From contig JAQGDQ010000274.1 in NCBI GenBank assembly GCA_030141605.1, forward strand, positions 62,001-126,000: a DNA stretch of 64,000 nt, written 5' to 3'. Numbering within the stretch: position 1 is the stretch's first letter; each line of letters opens with the position of its first letter. The notes beneath the pieces are model-generated. The model ran no database searches, had not been told where the DNA came from, and worked only from the letters and a program-made list of their open reading frames with translations. Below, piece by piece: positions 39,393-52,245 of this stretch. A program made the translations under genes and the position numbers. This stretch comes from Tubiluchus corallicola. Taxonomy: Eukaryota; Animalia; Priapulida.

Positions 39393-39740
39393 TTAAAGGA
39401 CAAGAAAAGAGGTACCTGAAGTATGTTTCAGAAAAATCGCCTTAAAAATCATTTTACTTTATAGCAATTTTATGCGTATATCGTACTGCTCATGTTGAAA
39501 GGAATTTTCGTTTGTTTTCATTTCAAATCTCCCGCGATACTGTTCCGACCACGTCATTACATGACGTCATATACGCACAAGGTAAATTAGGGGAAGAAAA
39601 GGAAATGTTAAACAATGTCCCAAAAAACTTTCCATGCAAATCGATATTACCTAGCGTTTCGCTTACCTGCTGGAAAGACGTATGTAATTAGAAATAATAA
39701 TTTAAACTGTTCATATCAATTGGTAAAATGTCGCTGACTC
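39393..39740 (+). mobile_element. K1 MITE, truncated
   Basis: TTAA-AGGACAAGAAAAGAGGTACCTGAAG start; homology is lost after ~39740. Confidence 0.7.
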
Positions 39741-39807
39741 AACTCGTCTAAACTGCTAGATTGCACTATGCTAGCTTACAAGCAGTAATTTGGCTATCTG
39801 ATGGACT

Positions 39808-39972
39808 AGAGCAGCACCTACGCCGAAGAACAGAATACTAAAGTTTACAACATTGTTTAATTTTACACAATTCTACAGCAGATATACAATAGAGCAGCAC
39901 CTACGGCGAAGTGCAGAATACTAAAGTTTACAACATTGTTTAATTTTACACAATTCTACAGCAGATACACAA
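39808..39972. repeat. ~83-bp direct tandem duplication
   Basis: AGAGCAGCACCTACG...CAATTCTACAGCAGATA occurs twice. Confidence 0.85.
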
Positions 39973-41088
39973 TTTTAAATTACTAGAAGTCAGATGCTGT
40001 TGAGAAATCGAAATTGTTTTCACGTTGGATATGATTCTATTTTCCTTGAAGAAATTTTGACCTCAAACTTATTGTCAAGAAAGGACTGCGTTCTTAAATC
40101 AAATATCAGATATCTTTCCAGAATTCTCATCCACGTGTGATATTAACAAGTTCATGTTTTTAAACAAAAGTGCAGATGTGTAAGTTAAGAAATTGTTGAT
40201 TAACTATGTACATAAAATTTCAACAAAACGTGATTCTAAATTAAGATGTACGAATTACTTTTGCTATGAATTAATGTATTCAATCAGCACTGTGATATAT
40301 ATGTAGATGTGTTTGTTATAAATTATGGTATTTTTTACTTAACCGCGTTAAAAAAGAGCCCTGTATTTGTAGAGACGTGTTCCTGTATGCGTTGTTTATT
40401 TATATGTGTGATTTGTTAAATGTACTTGTGTTTATGTTTGTAAAATAAAGCGTTTATTATTACTGTCATTTAAAGTAGGGTACCTCGTGTAGAACTAGCT
40501 CACCAGACTAACAGATTCGACGCGGTAAAAGGGTTTAAAACACGCGTTCAGCATGCAATAGAAATTGTGTGTTCATTTTGCATTGCCTTTATAATTGAAG
40601 TTAAAGTAGGGCCGTGCACGAAAAGGTAGTTCGTGGTTCTACTAAATTACATAATTACAGTAACTTAGTGGTAAACGTAATCAAGCCGCCAGGCAAATGA
40701 ACATGTCATCGTAAACATTTGCTAAACTTCGTGTTTCCGCCATGTTTAGTGTTCTAGTTGTAGCGAAACGAGAACAACAACCTATTACCCGGTTGAAAGC
40801 TCGTCTTAACTGTTTCTTTCTCTCGGAAAATTTCATTGGATGTCTGTGAGGTAAAAACCTGACGCTGTCCTATAGCCTCCAGGCACTTTTCGTTTTCATA
40901 GACAGCTTTTAATTGCAGTACTGAGTTGCACAACTTAATAGTTGAATAGTTAATATGTATAGACTCACTGAAGTAATTATGTTTACGTCATTAGCCAGAA
41001 GATCAGGTTCAAGAAACTTGGAGTCCTAGGGTCGGTTTTGCCCTAATTACCCCCAACTTTAATCCTAAATACCACGCGCCAGGCAGGG

Positions 41089-41190
41089 CAACAATACAAC
41101 AACAACAACAACAGTGACAACGACAATGACAGCGACAACGACGACGAGGACGACGACGACGACAACAACAGCAACAACAACAACAACTGC

Positions 41191-41233
<43 letters not shown>

Positions 41234-41244
41234 GCAGCAGCAGC

Positions 41245-41305
<61 letters not shown>

Positions 41306-41325
41306 ACAACAACAACGGCAACAGT

Positions 41326-41356
<31 letters not shown>

Positions 41357-41400
41357 GCAACAGCAGCAGCAACAACAACAACAACAACAACAACAATAAT
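41089..41400. repeat. (CAA/CAG)n microsatellite lying between SINE pieces
   Basis: Seen directly; a SINE-related fragment at ~41045-41090 precedes it. Confidence 0.9.
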
Positions 41401-41404
41401 TATG

Positions 41405-41607
41405 TTTATTTAAATCGGCTTTTTCGATGAACAATTAACATAAACTCCAAGGATCTTTTGAGTCGACTGTAAATAACAATCTACTACTACATTACAGAGA
41501 CTATTATTACCCCATTTTTACCCTAAATACCACGCGCAGGGCAGGGCGACAGCAGGCACCATTTTTAAAATCTTTGGTGTGAGCCACTCAGATGGAAAGC
41601 GGCAGCG
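41405..41607 (-). mobile_element. Second copy of the tRNA/MetaSINE-like SINE (internal deletion through the B box)
   Basis: Aligns to 33600-33843. Confidence 0.7.
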
Positions 41608-41795
41608 TTACCACTAGACTAAACCGTCAGGGATTTATCAAGCTTCTTAGCTTCCGTAAATGTTTCATAAGAACATTTGATAAATACCATCTAAGAATTT
41701 TGTTAGAAACTTCATAAGTTCGTTCTTACGAATTACGAACTGAACGGGACATCGGGACATGAAGCGTAAGCATGTTAGTTTGCAAGAATAAACAT

Positions 41796-42170
41796 TAAAG
41801 GAAAGGTCAAGCTTTTTAGGAGGTTAGGCTTATTTCAATTTTCGTGAAAATGTTAGAAGGATTTAGTAATAAAACTGTGATAAGCGTCTCGTGTAACTAG
41901 TAAATCACTTTAATGTCGCGATGACTTCATGATTGGGCGCTCCCAATTTCAATACCCATTCTTCCTCCAATGACGTCATTCGTCTTGAAGAAAAGTAGCG
42001 CTTTGTCAACCTCATTAAAAGTATTAAAGTCATGATTTTCCAGTGAATGACGGCAACCACCACGTCTGAAAATTTCTATTCAAGGGTAGTATATTTTAAA
42101 TTTATGCTTTATAGGCAGTTCTTTGCAAATTTCTTTGTTATGTTTTTCTAAGTTTAAGTGACAACAGTAA
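41796..42170 (+). mobile_element. K3 MITE (partial)
   Basis: TTAA-AGGAAAGGTCAAG start; shares CAACCACCACG...TTTATGCTTTATA...GTTTAAGTGA with 20370-20490. Confidence 0.65.
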
Positions 42171-42173
42171 GTG

Positions 42174-42747
42174 ACTTTACTCTAAGTCAGAAGTTGTGCA
42201 ACAAGTTGCGAGAGAAGTTGCCAAGCCGTTCACGCGTGCAACTTTACTCTCAGACAGATGTTGTGCGACAAGTTGTGAGAGAAGTTGCCAAGTCGTTCAC
42301 ACGTGCAACTTTACTCTCAGTCAGAAGTTGTGCGACAAGTTCCGAGAGAAGTTGCCAAGCCGTTCACACGTTGCAACTTTATTCTCAGACAGATGTTGTG
42401 CAACAAGTTGCGAGAGAAGTTGCCAAGCCGTTCACACGTGCAACTTTACTCTAAGTCAGAAGTTGTGCAACAAGTTGCGAGAGAAGTTGCCAAGCCGTTC
42501 ACACGTGCAACTTTGCTCTCAGACAGATGTTGTGCAACAAGTTGCGAGAGAAGTTGCCAAGCCGTTCACACGTGCAACTTTACTCTCAGCAGATGTTGTG
42601 CAACAAGTTGCTAGAGAAGTTGCCAACTCGTTCACACGTGCAAATTTGCTCTCAGACAGATGTTGTGCGACAAGTTGTGAGAGAAGTTGCCAAGTCGTTC
42701 ACACGTGCAACTTTACTCTCAGCAGATGTTGTGCAACAAGTTGCAAG
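42174..42747. repeat. 67-bp minisatellite, ~8.5 copies
   Basis: Unit ACTTTACTCTCAGACAGATGTTGTGCAACAAGTTGCGAGAGAAGTTGCCAAGCCGTTCACACGTGCA; starts at 42174, 42241, 42308 and onward. Confidence 0.92.
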
Positions 42748-43139
42748 AGTGGACGTCTGCGTCTCTACGTCTGACCATAAGATTTTAGTATTACAGGCGC
42801 CGATATTTCTGCTCTCAGATAGAGTGGACACTCTATAAATACTAGGTAGTAGGTTACTTAGTTCTAGACGCATCATTCTCTTACTTGTCTCCAGGCTTCT
42901 CTTACTAAGTTTAGGACACGTTTATTTTGTTTTTCTGTTTTCCTAAATGCTGTCAAATTGCTCTAAACGATGAATGCAATTAAGAAGAGAAAACTGGACA
43001 AAAATATAGATTAATAAATAGGCAGATAGATAGGTACGTAGGTAGGGAGGTTGGTAGGTAGCTAGGCAAGTAGGTCGGCCGGTCAGTCGATAGGCAGATA
43101 GGTAGGTAAAGTAGGCCGGTGATAGATAAGTACATAGAT

Positions 43140-43157
43140 AGATAGACAGATCGACAC

Positions 43158-43216
<59 letters not shown>

Positions 43217-43397
43217 AAGAGAGAGAGAGAGGGGGGAGGGCGAGAGAGGGGGAGGGAGAAAAGAGAGGGAACGGGAGAGAGAAGGAGGGGGAGGGAGGGA
43301 GAGAGAGAGAGAAGGAGGGGGAGAGAGAGAGGAGAAAGAGAGAGAGAGGGGGAGGGAGGGGGCGAGGGAGAGAGAGAGAGAGAGAGAAGGAGGGGGA

Positions 43398-43445
<48 letters not shown>

Positions 43446-43450
43446 AGAGA
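43140..43450. repeat. (GA)n/purine-rich microsatellite
   Basis: Seen directly in the sequence. Confidence 0.95.
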
Positions 43451-43747
43451 TACTAGCATACTAGCGTCCCTCTTTTTCAAAACAACATCTAGCACAACCA
43501 TTCCATTTTAAACGCCCACCACGACAGAAATTTACACGACAGAAGATTTTTACAAAAACTCGCTCAGTGAATCCTAACGGTAGCGCTAAGAACGTTCGTA
43601 CGAACAAATTTAGGAAGAAATTCGTTCGTAAGAACTTTAGTGAACCCGGCCCCTGAAGCCGGTTATTGCGAAAATTGGACATTGCTTACAGAATGTGCTG
43701 TTCGTGACGACATACTTGTTGTTGAAGCTTTGAATGGAGTCATACGC

Positions 43748-44200
43748 TTAAAGGAAGACAGGATGATTTTTATATACTATCTCATTTTCAAGTACAGTAA
43801 ATAGTATACATTTTAACACCAATAATACTGCAAAAAGGGTTCTGGTAATTAAATAATAGATTAAAATCTTAATTAGCGATGGGCAGCCCAACTAGTGATG
43901 ACATCACAAACTAACATAATTTTCAATAGCAAAAATATTCCACACGCGTGTTGCACGTGTTTGAGAAAGTGAAAATTGAAGTTCAGTGCCACAGTAAGAT
44001 ATTCAGTGTGTTGTACTAAAGCTAGGTAAGTTTTAAGATAAAAATTCAAATGTCAAATTTACCGATGTGCTCACGCACGAGCTGTCGAACGCGTGTAGTT
44101 CATCACAAACTGACACATCTGAACTGAGAGGTACCGGCAACACGTGTTTTTTGTGCAATATGTTCTGAAATGCAGGTGCTGAACTAACTAGCGAATGTTG
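43748..44200 (+). mobile_element. K2 MITE (partial)
   Basis: TTAA-AGGAAGACAGGATGATTTT start; body homologous to other K2 copies. Confidence 0.7.
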
Positions 44201-44537
44201 AAATACGTGTAACAGCGAACGTGAAATGGCATTCGTCACCGGCTTCGTTACACTTGGCACATACAAGCGTCATCAATAAAGAATCTTGGAAACCGGAAGT
44301 TCTTACTTTTGCAAATAATTAATCACTTATGGAAACATTATGTGAAAAACCTTCACCTTATTTCAAATAAGAATATTTTGTTTTACGATTTCAATTCCGT
44401 GCAGTAAGAAATTTTACGTACAAACGTTTTATCGCTTTGTTGTGTAGAATCCTATATACTTAATTACCCCTTTTGCTGAAAAGATAACGCCATGTCTTTG
44501 TTCATCGTATATTAAAATATTGTTTCGTTTAGATATA

Positions 44538-45019
44538 CAGTCAACCTCGGGTATAAGGTACTCGCTTATAAGGGACCACTAACACCGGTCCCGATTTTTC
44601 GTAACGTTTTTCCTTATAAAATCGTCGTATATAAGGTACTCGGATATAAGGGACTTTCGGTTATAAGGGACAATATCTTCAGGTCCCGCGTAATAGAAAC
44701 CCAGGTAAATTACCTCACATATAAGGGACCCTAGGATCAAAGCGAAATTGATCTATTTTTAACCTCAATTTTTCTCAAATTCGGCCTTCGAACAGCTCGG
44801 TTTCCGCGGTCACATACATCTCGCATCACCGAAGGAACTTCCTACATACCGTTTGCACTGAATGTGTAGCAATAATCCATAAAAAATATGGGCAAAAGTA
44901 CAGAAAAGTACAGGTTTAGATACACCCTCGGTCTGACTCAACTTCGGCTATAAGGGACATCGGACATAAGGGATAATTTTTTCCGGTCCCGAGGCGTCCC
45001 TTATATCCGAGGTTGACTG
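44538..45019. mobile_element. Tc1/mariner (pogo/Tigger-like) MITE
   Basis: TA-CAGTCAACCTCGG(G)TATAAGG ... CCTTATATCCGAGGTTGACTG-TA; repeated internal ATAAGGGA motifs; TA TSD. Confidence 0.85.
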
Positions 45020-46259
45020 TATTCACAAATTAATTTTTTATATATAATTAAAAATTTAAAAATAAAAAATGTTCACAAAGACTCGTACGCTTGGGGAAAA
45101 AAGGGAAAAAAATCACGTCTATATTTTGTCTCACTCAAAAGCTATAGTAACTTACTTTGTATTATATTAGCTTTTAATGTATCTGTAAATGCTATTTTTA
45201 GCGTAATAATAACACAGCATTTTAATACTTTTGTAATACTTCTATTCCTTAATAACTTAATTTTAATTATTCTGCTACTTTCAGTCATTTAGCACAATGG
45301 ACATACAAACAAACGGTAAATTAAATTAAAATCATTTCAATTTTTCGCCTCATTTCTCCGACCTCTAAACTAACATTCTGCTTAAATTTATAATATCAAA
45401 TTTATTTCTTAAATAAGTAAAATCATTATTTTTTAAGACTTATGTTTTGGCTCTTGTATATTCATAATCGTCGTCAGCTAGAAATGAAACCTCGCGAAAT
45501 TTCCATTACGATTTCCTCAGTGTTTTAAAAACACACACTTATAAATTTATGCTAAACACTTGCAAATTGAGGTACACAAAAATAGTTTATATCAAATAGT
45601 CAACTATTTGAAAACCGTGTATAAATACTACACAAGTCATAACTGATACACAATAAACGTGTATTAATCTCACGTATGTAGGCACTTTTGCTACTTTTTA
45701 ACTAAACTATGTATTATGTAACACACCGTTTGGCTGCACCACAAAATGGACAAACCATGTAACGGTATGTTTACCATTTTATACTATATTTATAGTAATA
45801 GGTCATCAACCAACCGTCAATAATTTTTGTCTTTGATTTAACTATAAACGTTTTCTGATCACGTGACAGTTTGTCATAGAGGCTATTAGAAATGTGTGAC
45901 CACACAATTGATGTAATTCTTACCCTACTTATTTCTGTTTCAGTTATATTATCTGAACGGTTATATTACCTATATTGCTTTGGGGCATACAGACCTGTTT
46001 GTAAAATAAGTCTATCATAATCATTCTGTTTTCCTATGAATTGATAAACATCCCGCTATAATGAGTTTAGTTTATTTAATTAATATTCGTTTTCCATATT
46101 TATGCATGTCACTGATGCCGAACTACAATTTTGAAGAAGAAATTTAGACCGTCTCTTTTTCGCATGAGGAGACTGTCCAAATTTCTTCTTTTTCGGCTTT
46201 GTAGCGAGCGTTAATAATTTGGGGAAATGAACACACACCTAAACTTTCGCTAGTAAATG

Positions 46260-46576
46260 AAAGGAAGACAGGATGATTTTTCATATACTACCCCATTTTA
46301 AAGTCCTATAAAAAGTATACACTTTAACGCAATTAATACTGCAAAAGCATTTCTGATGATTAAATAATAGGTTAAAAACTTAATTAACAGCGGGCGAGCA
46401 CAACTAATGATGACATCACAAACTAACATAATTTTGAACAGCAAAAATATTTCACGAGCGTGTTGCACACGTAAATTGAACTACAGTGCTACTGTAAGAT
46501 ATTCAGTGTGTTGCACTAAAACTAGGCATTGAACTTTTAAGATCAAAATTCAAAATTTTAATTTACCCCTGTGCTC
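46260..46576 (+). mobile_element. K2 MITE (partial)
   Basis: AAGGAAGACAGGATGATTTTTC start with K2 body. Confidence 0.65.
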
Positions 46577-48599
46577 ACGCATGAGCTGTCGAACGTCAGC
46601 CTAATCTCCTAGAAGGCTTGACCTTCCTTTTAAACAATGGCTTATATATATGTATATCACTTTTTTCAGTGGAAGTTAGAATTATGAATTGCAATTGAAT
46701 GTTTTTTTTTGCATTCAGCAAACCAAATATCATAGCTCGTGAAAGCATTTTGCGTAATGATATTTGTATTGACCTTAACATTAGTTATGATTTTTATTGT
46801 TTTTAGCATGTTTTTAGGATAGACATACAGTAATATTTACTGATCGGAGTTTTTCCACTGTGCAACAAATGCATTTTAGTTGAGAACAGATGTATACAAC
46901 TGGTTATCAAGAATATAGTTACACAGATAGTTAGTTCAAAAACACGAGTAATTTATTAGTTAACACTTAAAATTGAAATACACAAAGCTCACAGAGTACA
47001 GAAGCGATACCAGAAACAATTATCAATGTAGATGATCCTATTAGTTATACAAAAGTATGATTGCTCAATATCTGATGTTTCATTCAAAAATCCAAAATTC
47101 AAAATAATTCAGGCTACAATTCAATATACAATTACACGTACAATCAATTAGCAAAACGTTTAGTAGGCTTTATGTAGTTCTGCAACAATTTGAAGAGAAT
47201 GTCACTGGATGGATGACCTGAGCTGAGTTCATGAAAAATGTCGTTGTTCATAATAGCAGGTCTGGGGTTGGCGTGTAATTTTTGAGTTATGTGCCGATAA
47301 TAACAGAGCTAATCCAGTAATAGTGTTCTGTGTATGTCGTAGTTTGAAACTCAAAAAAATAAGTTCGTAGTAAATTAGCAGTATTACTATTTGTAGTAGT
47401 AGTAAAAATAAAAATCATTTTGTTTGTTATAAATAAAAGAAATACATATATTCCTGTCACAAGACTTTTAGTCCAAAAGCATAAACCTCACTTAATAGAA
47501 AGCTTGACTTTTCCTTTAAAAATAATAAAAGATGACATGATAGCTAATTTTGCAGTTTTCTGTTTGAAATTTTTAAACTTCGTATGGTTTGGGTGTGATA
47601 CTAAAAGTTTATGGAAACTTTTTAATTTTTTTCATTGCTTTCCAAAATGAACCGGGGCCTCCTAATCTCGATTGCAAAATAATGCACCTCGAGTCCATAT
47701 AGTACATTACTGTTTAGCCGCATTTCTGTTTTCGTGGTGTAAATTTGATCTAGTTGCTTCGTTTGCCGTTATAGTTAACGTTTTAAAACTAATAAAAATT
47801 TTAGTCATGTACTGTGTGGTAATTTAATCCAAGGCAACATGTACAGTAATCACCGTGCTCACAGATTTTATTTCACGACACTTAGTTTAGGTACATAGCG
47901 AGTTTTTTGAAAACATCGCAAGTTTTTCTGCTTGTCTTCCAACCCCTTTCCTTTTTTGCGACAAGAAATCGTACTTACTATCAGTGCTGACGCAATCAGT
48001 CAGAATGGTCACGTGACCGCCTATTGTTTCAACACGCACGAGTCTGTAGAAGACGGAGAAGTTGCGTTTTAAAACTCTGTCGCATTTTTTTAATTCTTTG
48101 GTGTTTAGAACTGTGTATCATAATTGATTGCATTTTGTGTGTTTAGTGTTTCTTTAATACATTATTATAACCAGTCGCTGAAGTATTTGACTTCGTTAGT
48201 TGTTAAAAATTAATCGTCTAATTAGCATGCTCTCCACCGTAGCTCTGAAGGTTGTGCGATGAGACAGGGCATCTCAACATTATCCCTCTAACAACCGCAC
48301 CCATTCCTAAACTGTAGGTCAAAACAGCCTATTGTTTAAGATATTGATCATCATCCAGCAGCAGCAACCGTCACCGTCTAGAAACGTAACGACTTGGGTC
48401 GAGTCCTCGACCCAAAATAAAGACTTTTGGTGTTTAGTTTTAGGTTTATTAGTTTTTAAACAATAGTTTATAAGAATTTATTACTGAAACAACACAAGTT
48501 TTTTAAACTTTAATTTACAACTGTTTAAAAACATGTCCAAATGTTTCGACGGCAATTAACTGCCTTACTGTGCACAGACCGTGTATCACAGCAACCCTG

Positions 48600-49645
48600 C
48601 ATAAAACTTGTAAATTTAAACCCCCCCCCCCCCCGACCATTAGGCGCAGCCATTTTGATGGTAGGTCATTTGAAACAAGTTTAGATAACATTGCGTGATG
48701 TTTGAAAAAATAATCAGAGCATTGATACCGCACTCTTTCACTAACTAAGCAAATATATGAATTACTTCATCGAATCGATAAGATTAAAAATACATTTTCT
48801 GGTGAGCCAGGTGCACGCTGGGACAGAGAAACAGTGACGTCTTAGCAATTGACGCAAGTGTTTTAAATTATTAAGAATTTCCTTTTTGAGTTTCATGCGT
48901 CCCTCGGACAGGTAAGCATAATCAGTAATATACCTTTGCATGGATAGTTTTGAGACATAGTCTAAAATACTACCGTTCATTAAGTTTTTAATCTATTATT
49001 TAATTATCAGAAACACTTTTGCAGTAATAATTGTGTTAAAATGTATACTTTCTATCGGACTTGAAAATGGGGTAGTATGTGAAAAATCATCCTGTCTTCG
49101 CAGTTACTAAGTATGATGGGTTTATTTTACTGTTATCACTTAAATTTAGAAAAATATAACAAAGAAATGTCCGAAGAACTGCCTATAAAGCATAAATTTA
49201 AAATAACCTAACTCTGAATAGAAATCTTCAGGCGTGGTGGTTGCCGTCATTCACTTGAAAATCATGACGTAACTGGGAAACTTCGTGCCTTTTCGTAAGC
49301 GCATCGTGGCTTTCCGTAAGCGCGCGCTGTTTAAACTAATTCAAAATTCTGCAGTTTACCTGATTCACGCAAAATGTCAAAAAATTAGGTATCTTTTTTG
49401 TAAAAACTTATTATACTTTCGATAAAAGATTGACAGTGCGCTACTTTTCTTTAAGACAAATTACGTCATTGGAAGAAGAATGGGTATTGACAATGGAGCG
49501 CCCAAGCATGAAGTGATCACGACTTTAAAGTGATTTTACTAATTACACGAGGCGCTTAGTGCAATTTTATTACTAAATTCTTCTAACATTTTTCGCGAAC
49601 ATTGAAATAAGACAAACTTTACAGAATTCTTGACTTTTCCTTTAA
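48600..49645 (-). mobile_element. Cluster of K1-related, K2 and K3 MITE fragments
   Basis: K1-like ~48600-48970, K2 end ~48980-49100, K3 ~49115-49645 ending GACTTTTCCT-TTAA. Confidence 0.65.
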
Positions 49646-50329
49646 TTTCGCAAGAAAAGGCTCAAGTGTTAGGCCATACGCTATATCAGTTACTTTTATT
49701 TTCTATGACCTTCGAATTTAACCGACCGAAAAGGCAATTTTACTTCTTTGTTTAACAAGTTTACTACGAATTTAATTAAAACTTAATTTGACTTGTTAAA
49801 AAGTAAAAACTAATACATGCAGACATTGATATCGACAATAAATTATTTTCTCTTAATAAATATAAATCGAAATGTACATTATCACTGTCGCGTTTCTTTT
49901 CCAGATGTCCTCATAACCTACATAAGTTTGATAAAACGACATATTATTGACGTGCAATTAGCGAGTATCAAATAAAATTGTTGATATCAGGACTTAAATC
50001 TTGAAAGCTGTTTGTCTTAATCTTAACTCGAAAGAAAGCGCTAAATCAAGCGAATCATTTTTCCGTCCTTTATCTTGAATAAGACGTTGTGTGGTACAAA
50101 TTTGATGAACTGATAACGCTTAATTTGAGGCATTGCTGACAATTATAAATGGTTGACAGCATCGCGATAACTAATTGACGTAAGGACGCGTTCTTCGAAT
50201 TCACAAGGTCCAAGGTAGGCCAAAGAATTTCCTCCACTTCATTCTCTTAGAATGTGTAATTCGCTGCTTATTGTAGTTGTAATATATATAATTACCTAAG
50301 CCAATTTTTATTTCTGGCGCAAAAAATTT

Positions 50330-51145
50330 GTAGTAAAAACAGCACAACTTTATTAAAAACTTTTACATTAAAAAGTTAAAAATCATGCCAAACGTTTCGA
50401 CAGACTTCTGCTGTCATCATCAGTGGTAAATTTTGCAAACATGCAACCAGTTTATATAGGCAGAGCCTATTATGCACTAATTAAGTAATTAACAGAAGCC
50501 AAATAGGTAATGAAATAGCAGACCAGTAAAGAAATTCATACAGTAACTTATGCACTAATTATGTATTTATAAAAGCCAAATAGGTAATGATTAAGCAGAA
50601 CTGAAGAAAAGAAATTGATACAGTAACAACTAGCTAAGTGTCTGAGAATAAAGTTAAAAAGTAATTGAACTGCTTTGTACATTAAAAGAAGGCTTATTAG
50701 TGTACATCGATAAACTTTCTTTTATTAATAAGTTCCAGTTATTTATAGCTCTGGTCACAATGCTGAAATTGTTCAAATCAGCTTCGTGACCAGAGGCACA
50801 AATATGGTCATTAACGCTGGATTGAGGAGAATTTTTCATTTTTTTTGAAATACCCAAATGTTCACAAATTCTTACTTTAAATTCCTATTTGGCTTTTGTA
50901 AATACATAATTGGTGCTTAAGTTGATGTATCAAATTCTTTACTGGTCTGTTTATTCATTACGTATTTGGTTTCTGTTAATTACTTAATTAGTGCATAATA
51001 GGCTCTGCCTATATAAACTGGTTGTATGTTTGTAAATTGACCATTGATGATGACAGCAGCAGTTTGTCGAAATGTTTGGCATGATTTTAGCTTTAAAGTT
51101 TTTAATGTAAAAGTTTTTAATAAATTGTGTTGTTTTTAACTATAA
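50330..51145 (-). mobile_element. 5'-truncated Penelope-like element: GIY-YIG C-terminal remnant with inverted pseudo-LTRs
   Basis: Minus strand 50880-50654 reads LKVRICEHLGIS...SSVNDHICASGH...FSIV...LLIKESLSMYTNKPSFN; 50330-50590 is mirrored by 50881-51145; the pLTR carries TATATAAA and a hammerhead core. Confidence 0.85.
50388..50426 (-). ncRNA. Minimal type I hammerhead ribozyme in the pLTR
   Basis: CCA-CUGAUGA-U-GACAG-cagaagu-CUGUC-GAAAC-GUU-UGG: stem I CCA/UGG, stem II GACAG/CUGUC, palindromic AAACGUUU. The inverted copy at 51041-51079 has core mutations. Confidence 0.75.
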
Positions 51146-51282
51146 ATATAATTAGTTACTTAACTAAATTAACCATAAACACAGTTATAGGACCTGAAAT
51201 ACAAGAGAGCTCTCCTGAGAGTTGTCATAATTAACAGAGAAATGCGTAAAGCCCTTTACAGTCTCAAAGATTATAACATTTA

Positions 51283-51320
51283 TTCAGGAGCTTTCACCCT
51301 AGCGGGCCTCATCAGCTGAA
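51283..51320 (-). ncRNA. Second, unrelated minimal type I hammerhead ribozyme
   Basis: UUCAG-CUGAUGA-G-GCCC-gcua-GGGU-GAAA-GC-UC-CUGAA: stem I UUCAG/CUGAA, stem II GCCC/GGGU, palindromic AGCU; overlaps an AAUAAA at its 3' end. Confidence 0.8.
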
Positions 51321-51359
51321 TAGAAAGTACTAGTATGCTGGCAACATTAATAGAAAACG

Positions 51360-52245
51360 GACTTCCCTTTTAACTACAGTTAGTACACATTAAGTTTAGA
51401 GATAGCTTTGCCTCTAAACGTGGGGAACTTTACTTACCTTTAACTACAGTTAGTACATATTAAGTTTAGAGATAGTTTTGCCTCTAAACGTGGGAAAAAC
51501 TGACTTCCCTTTAACTACAGTTAGTACACATTAAGCTTAGAGATAGCTTTGCCTCTAAACGTGGGGAAACTTTACTTACCTTTAACTACAGTTAGTACAT
51601 ATTAAGTTAAGAGATAGCTTTGCCTCTAAACGTGGGGAAAACTGACTTCTCTTTAACTACAGTTAGTACACATTAAGTTTAGAGATAGCTTTGCCTCTAA
51701 ACGTGTGGAAACTTTACTTACCTTTAACTACAGTTAGTACATATTAAATTAAGAGATAGCTTTGCGTCTAAACGTGGGGAAAACTGACTTCCCTTTAACT
51801 ACAGTTAGTACACATTAAGTTTAGAGATAGCTTTACCTCTAAACGTGGGGAAACTTTACTTACCTTTAACTACAGTTAGTACATATTAAATTAAGAGATA
51901 GCTTTGCGTCTAAACGTGGGGAAAACTGACTTCCCTTTAACCACAGTTAGTACACATTAAGTTTAGAGATAGCTTTGCCTCTAAACGTGGGGAAACTTTA
52001 CTTACCCTTAACTACAGTTAGTACATATTAAGTTTAGAGATAACCTTGCCTCTAAACGTGGGGAAACTTTACTTCCCTTTAACTACAGTTAGTACATATT
52101 AAGTTTAGAGATAACCTTGCCTCTAAACGTGGGGAAACTTTACTTCCCTTTAACTACAGTTAATACACATTCAATTTAGAGATAGCTTTGCCTCTAAACG
52201 TGGGGGAACTTTACTCCCCTTTAACTGCACTTAGTACATATTAAG
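51360..52245. repeat. ~71-bp minisatellite, ~12.5 copies, partly alternating A/B (142-bp higher-order period)
   Basis: TAACTACAGTTAGTACA starts at 51371, 51441, 51512, 51583 and onward; variants CTGACTTCC+CACATT versus CTTTACTTACC+CATATT alternate. Confidence 0.93.

Noticed and set aside
47960-48060. GGTCACGTGACC palindrome and nearby minus-strand GTAAGT as a promoter/first exon
   Set aside because: Plausible, but no linked coding exon could be identified, so support is insufficient.
42174-52245. 67-bp and 71-bp arrays as CRISPR-like arrays
   Set aside because: Whole units repeat with no unique spacers; eukaryotic context and no cas genes.
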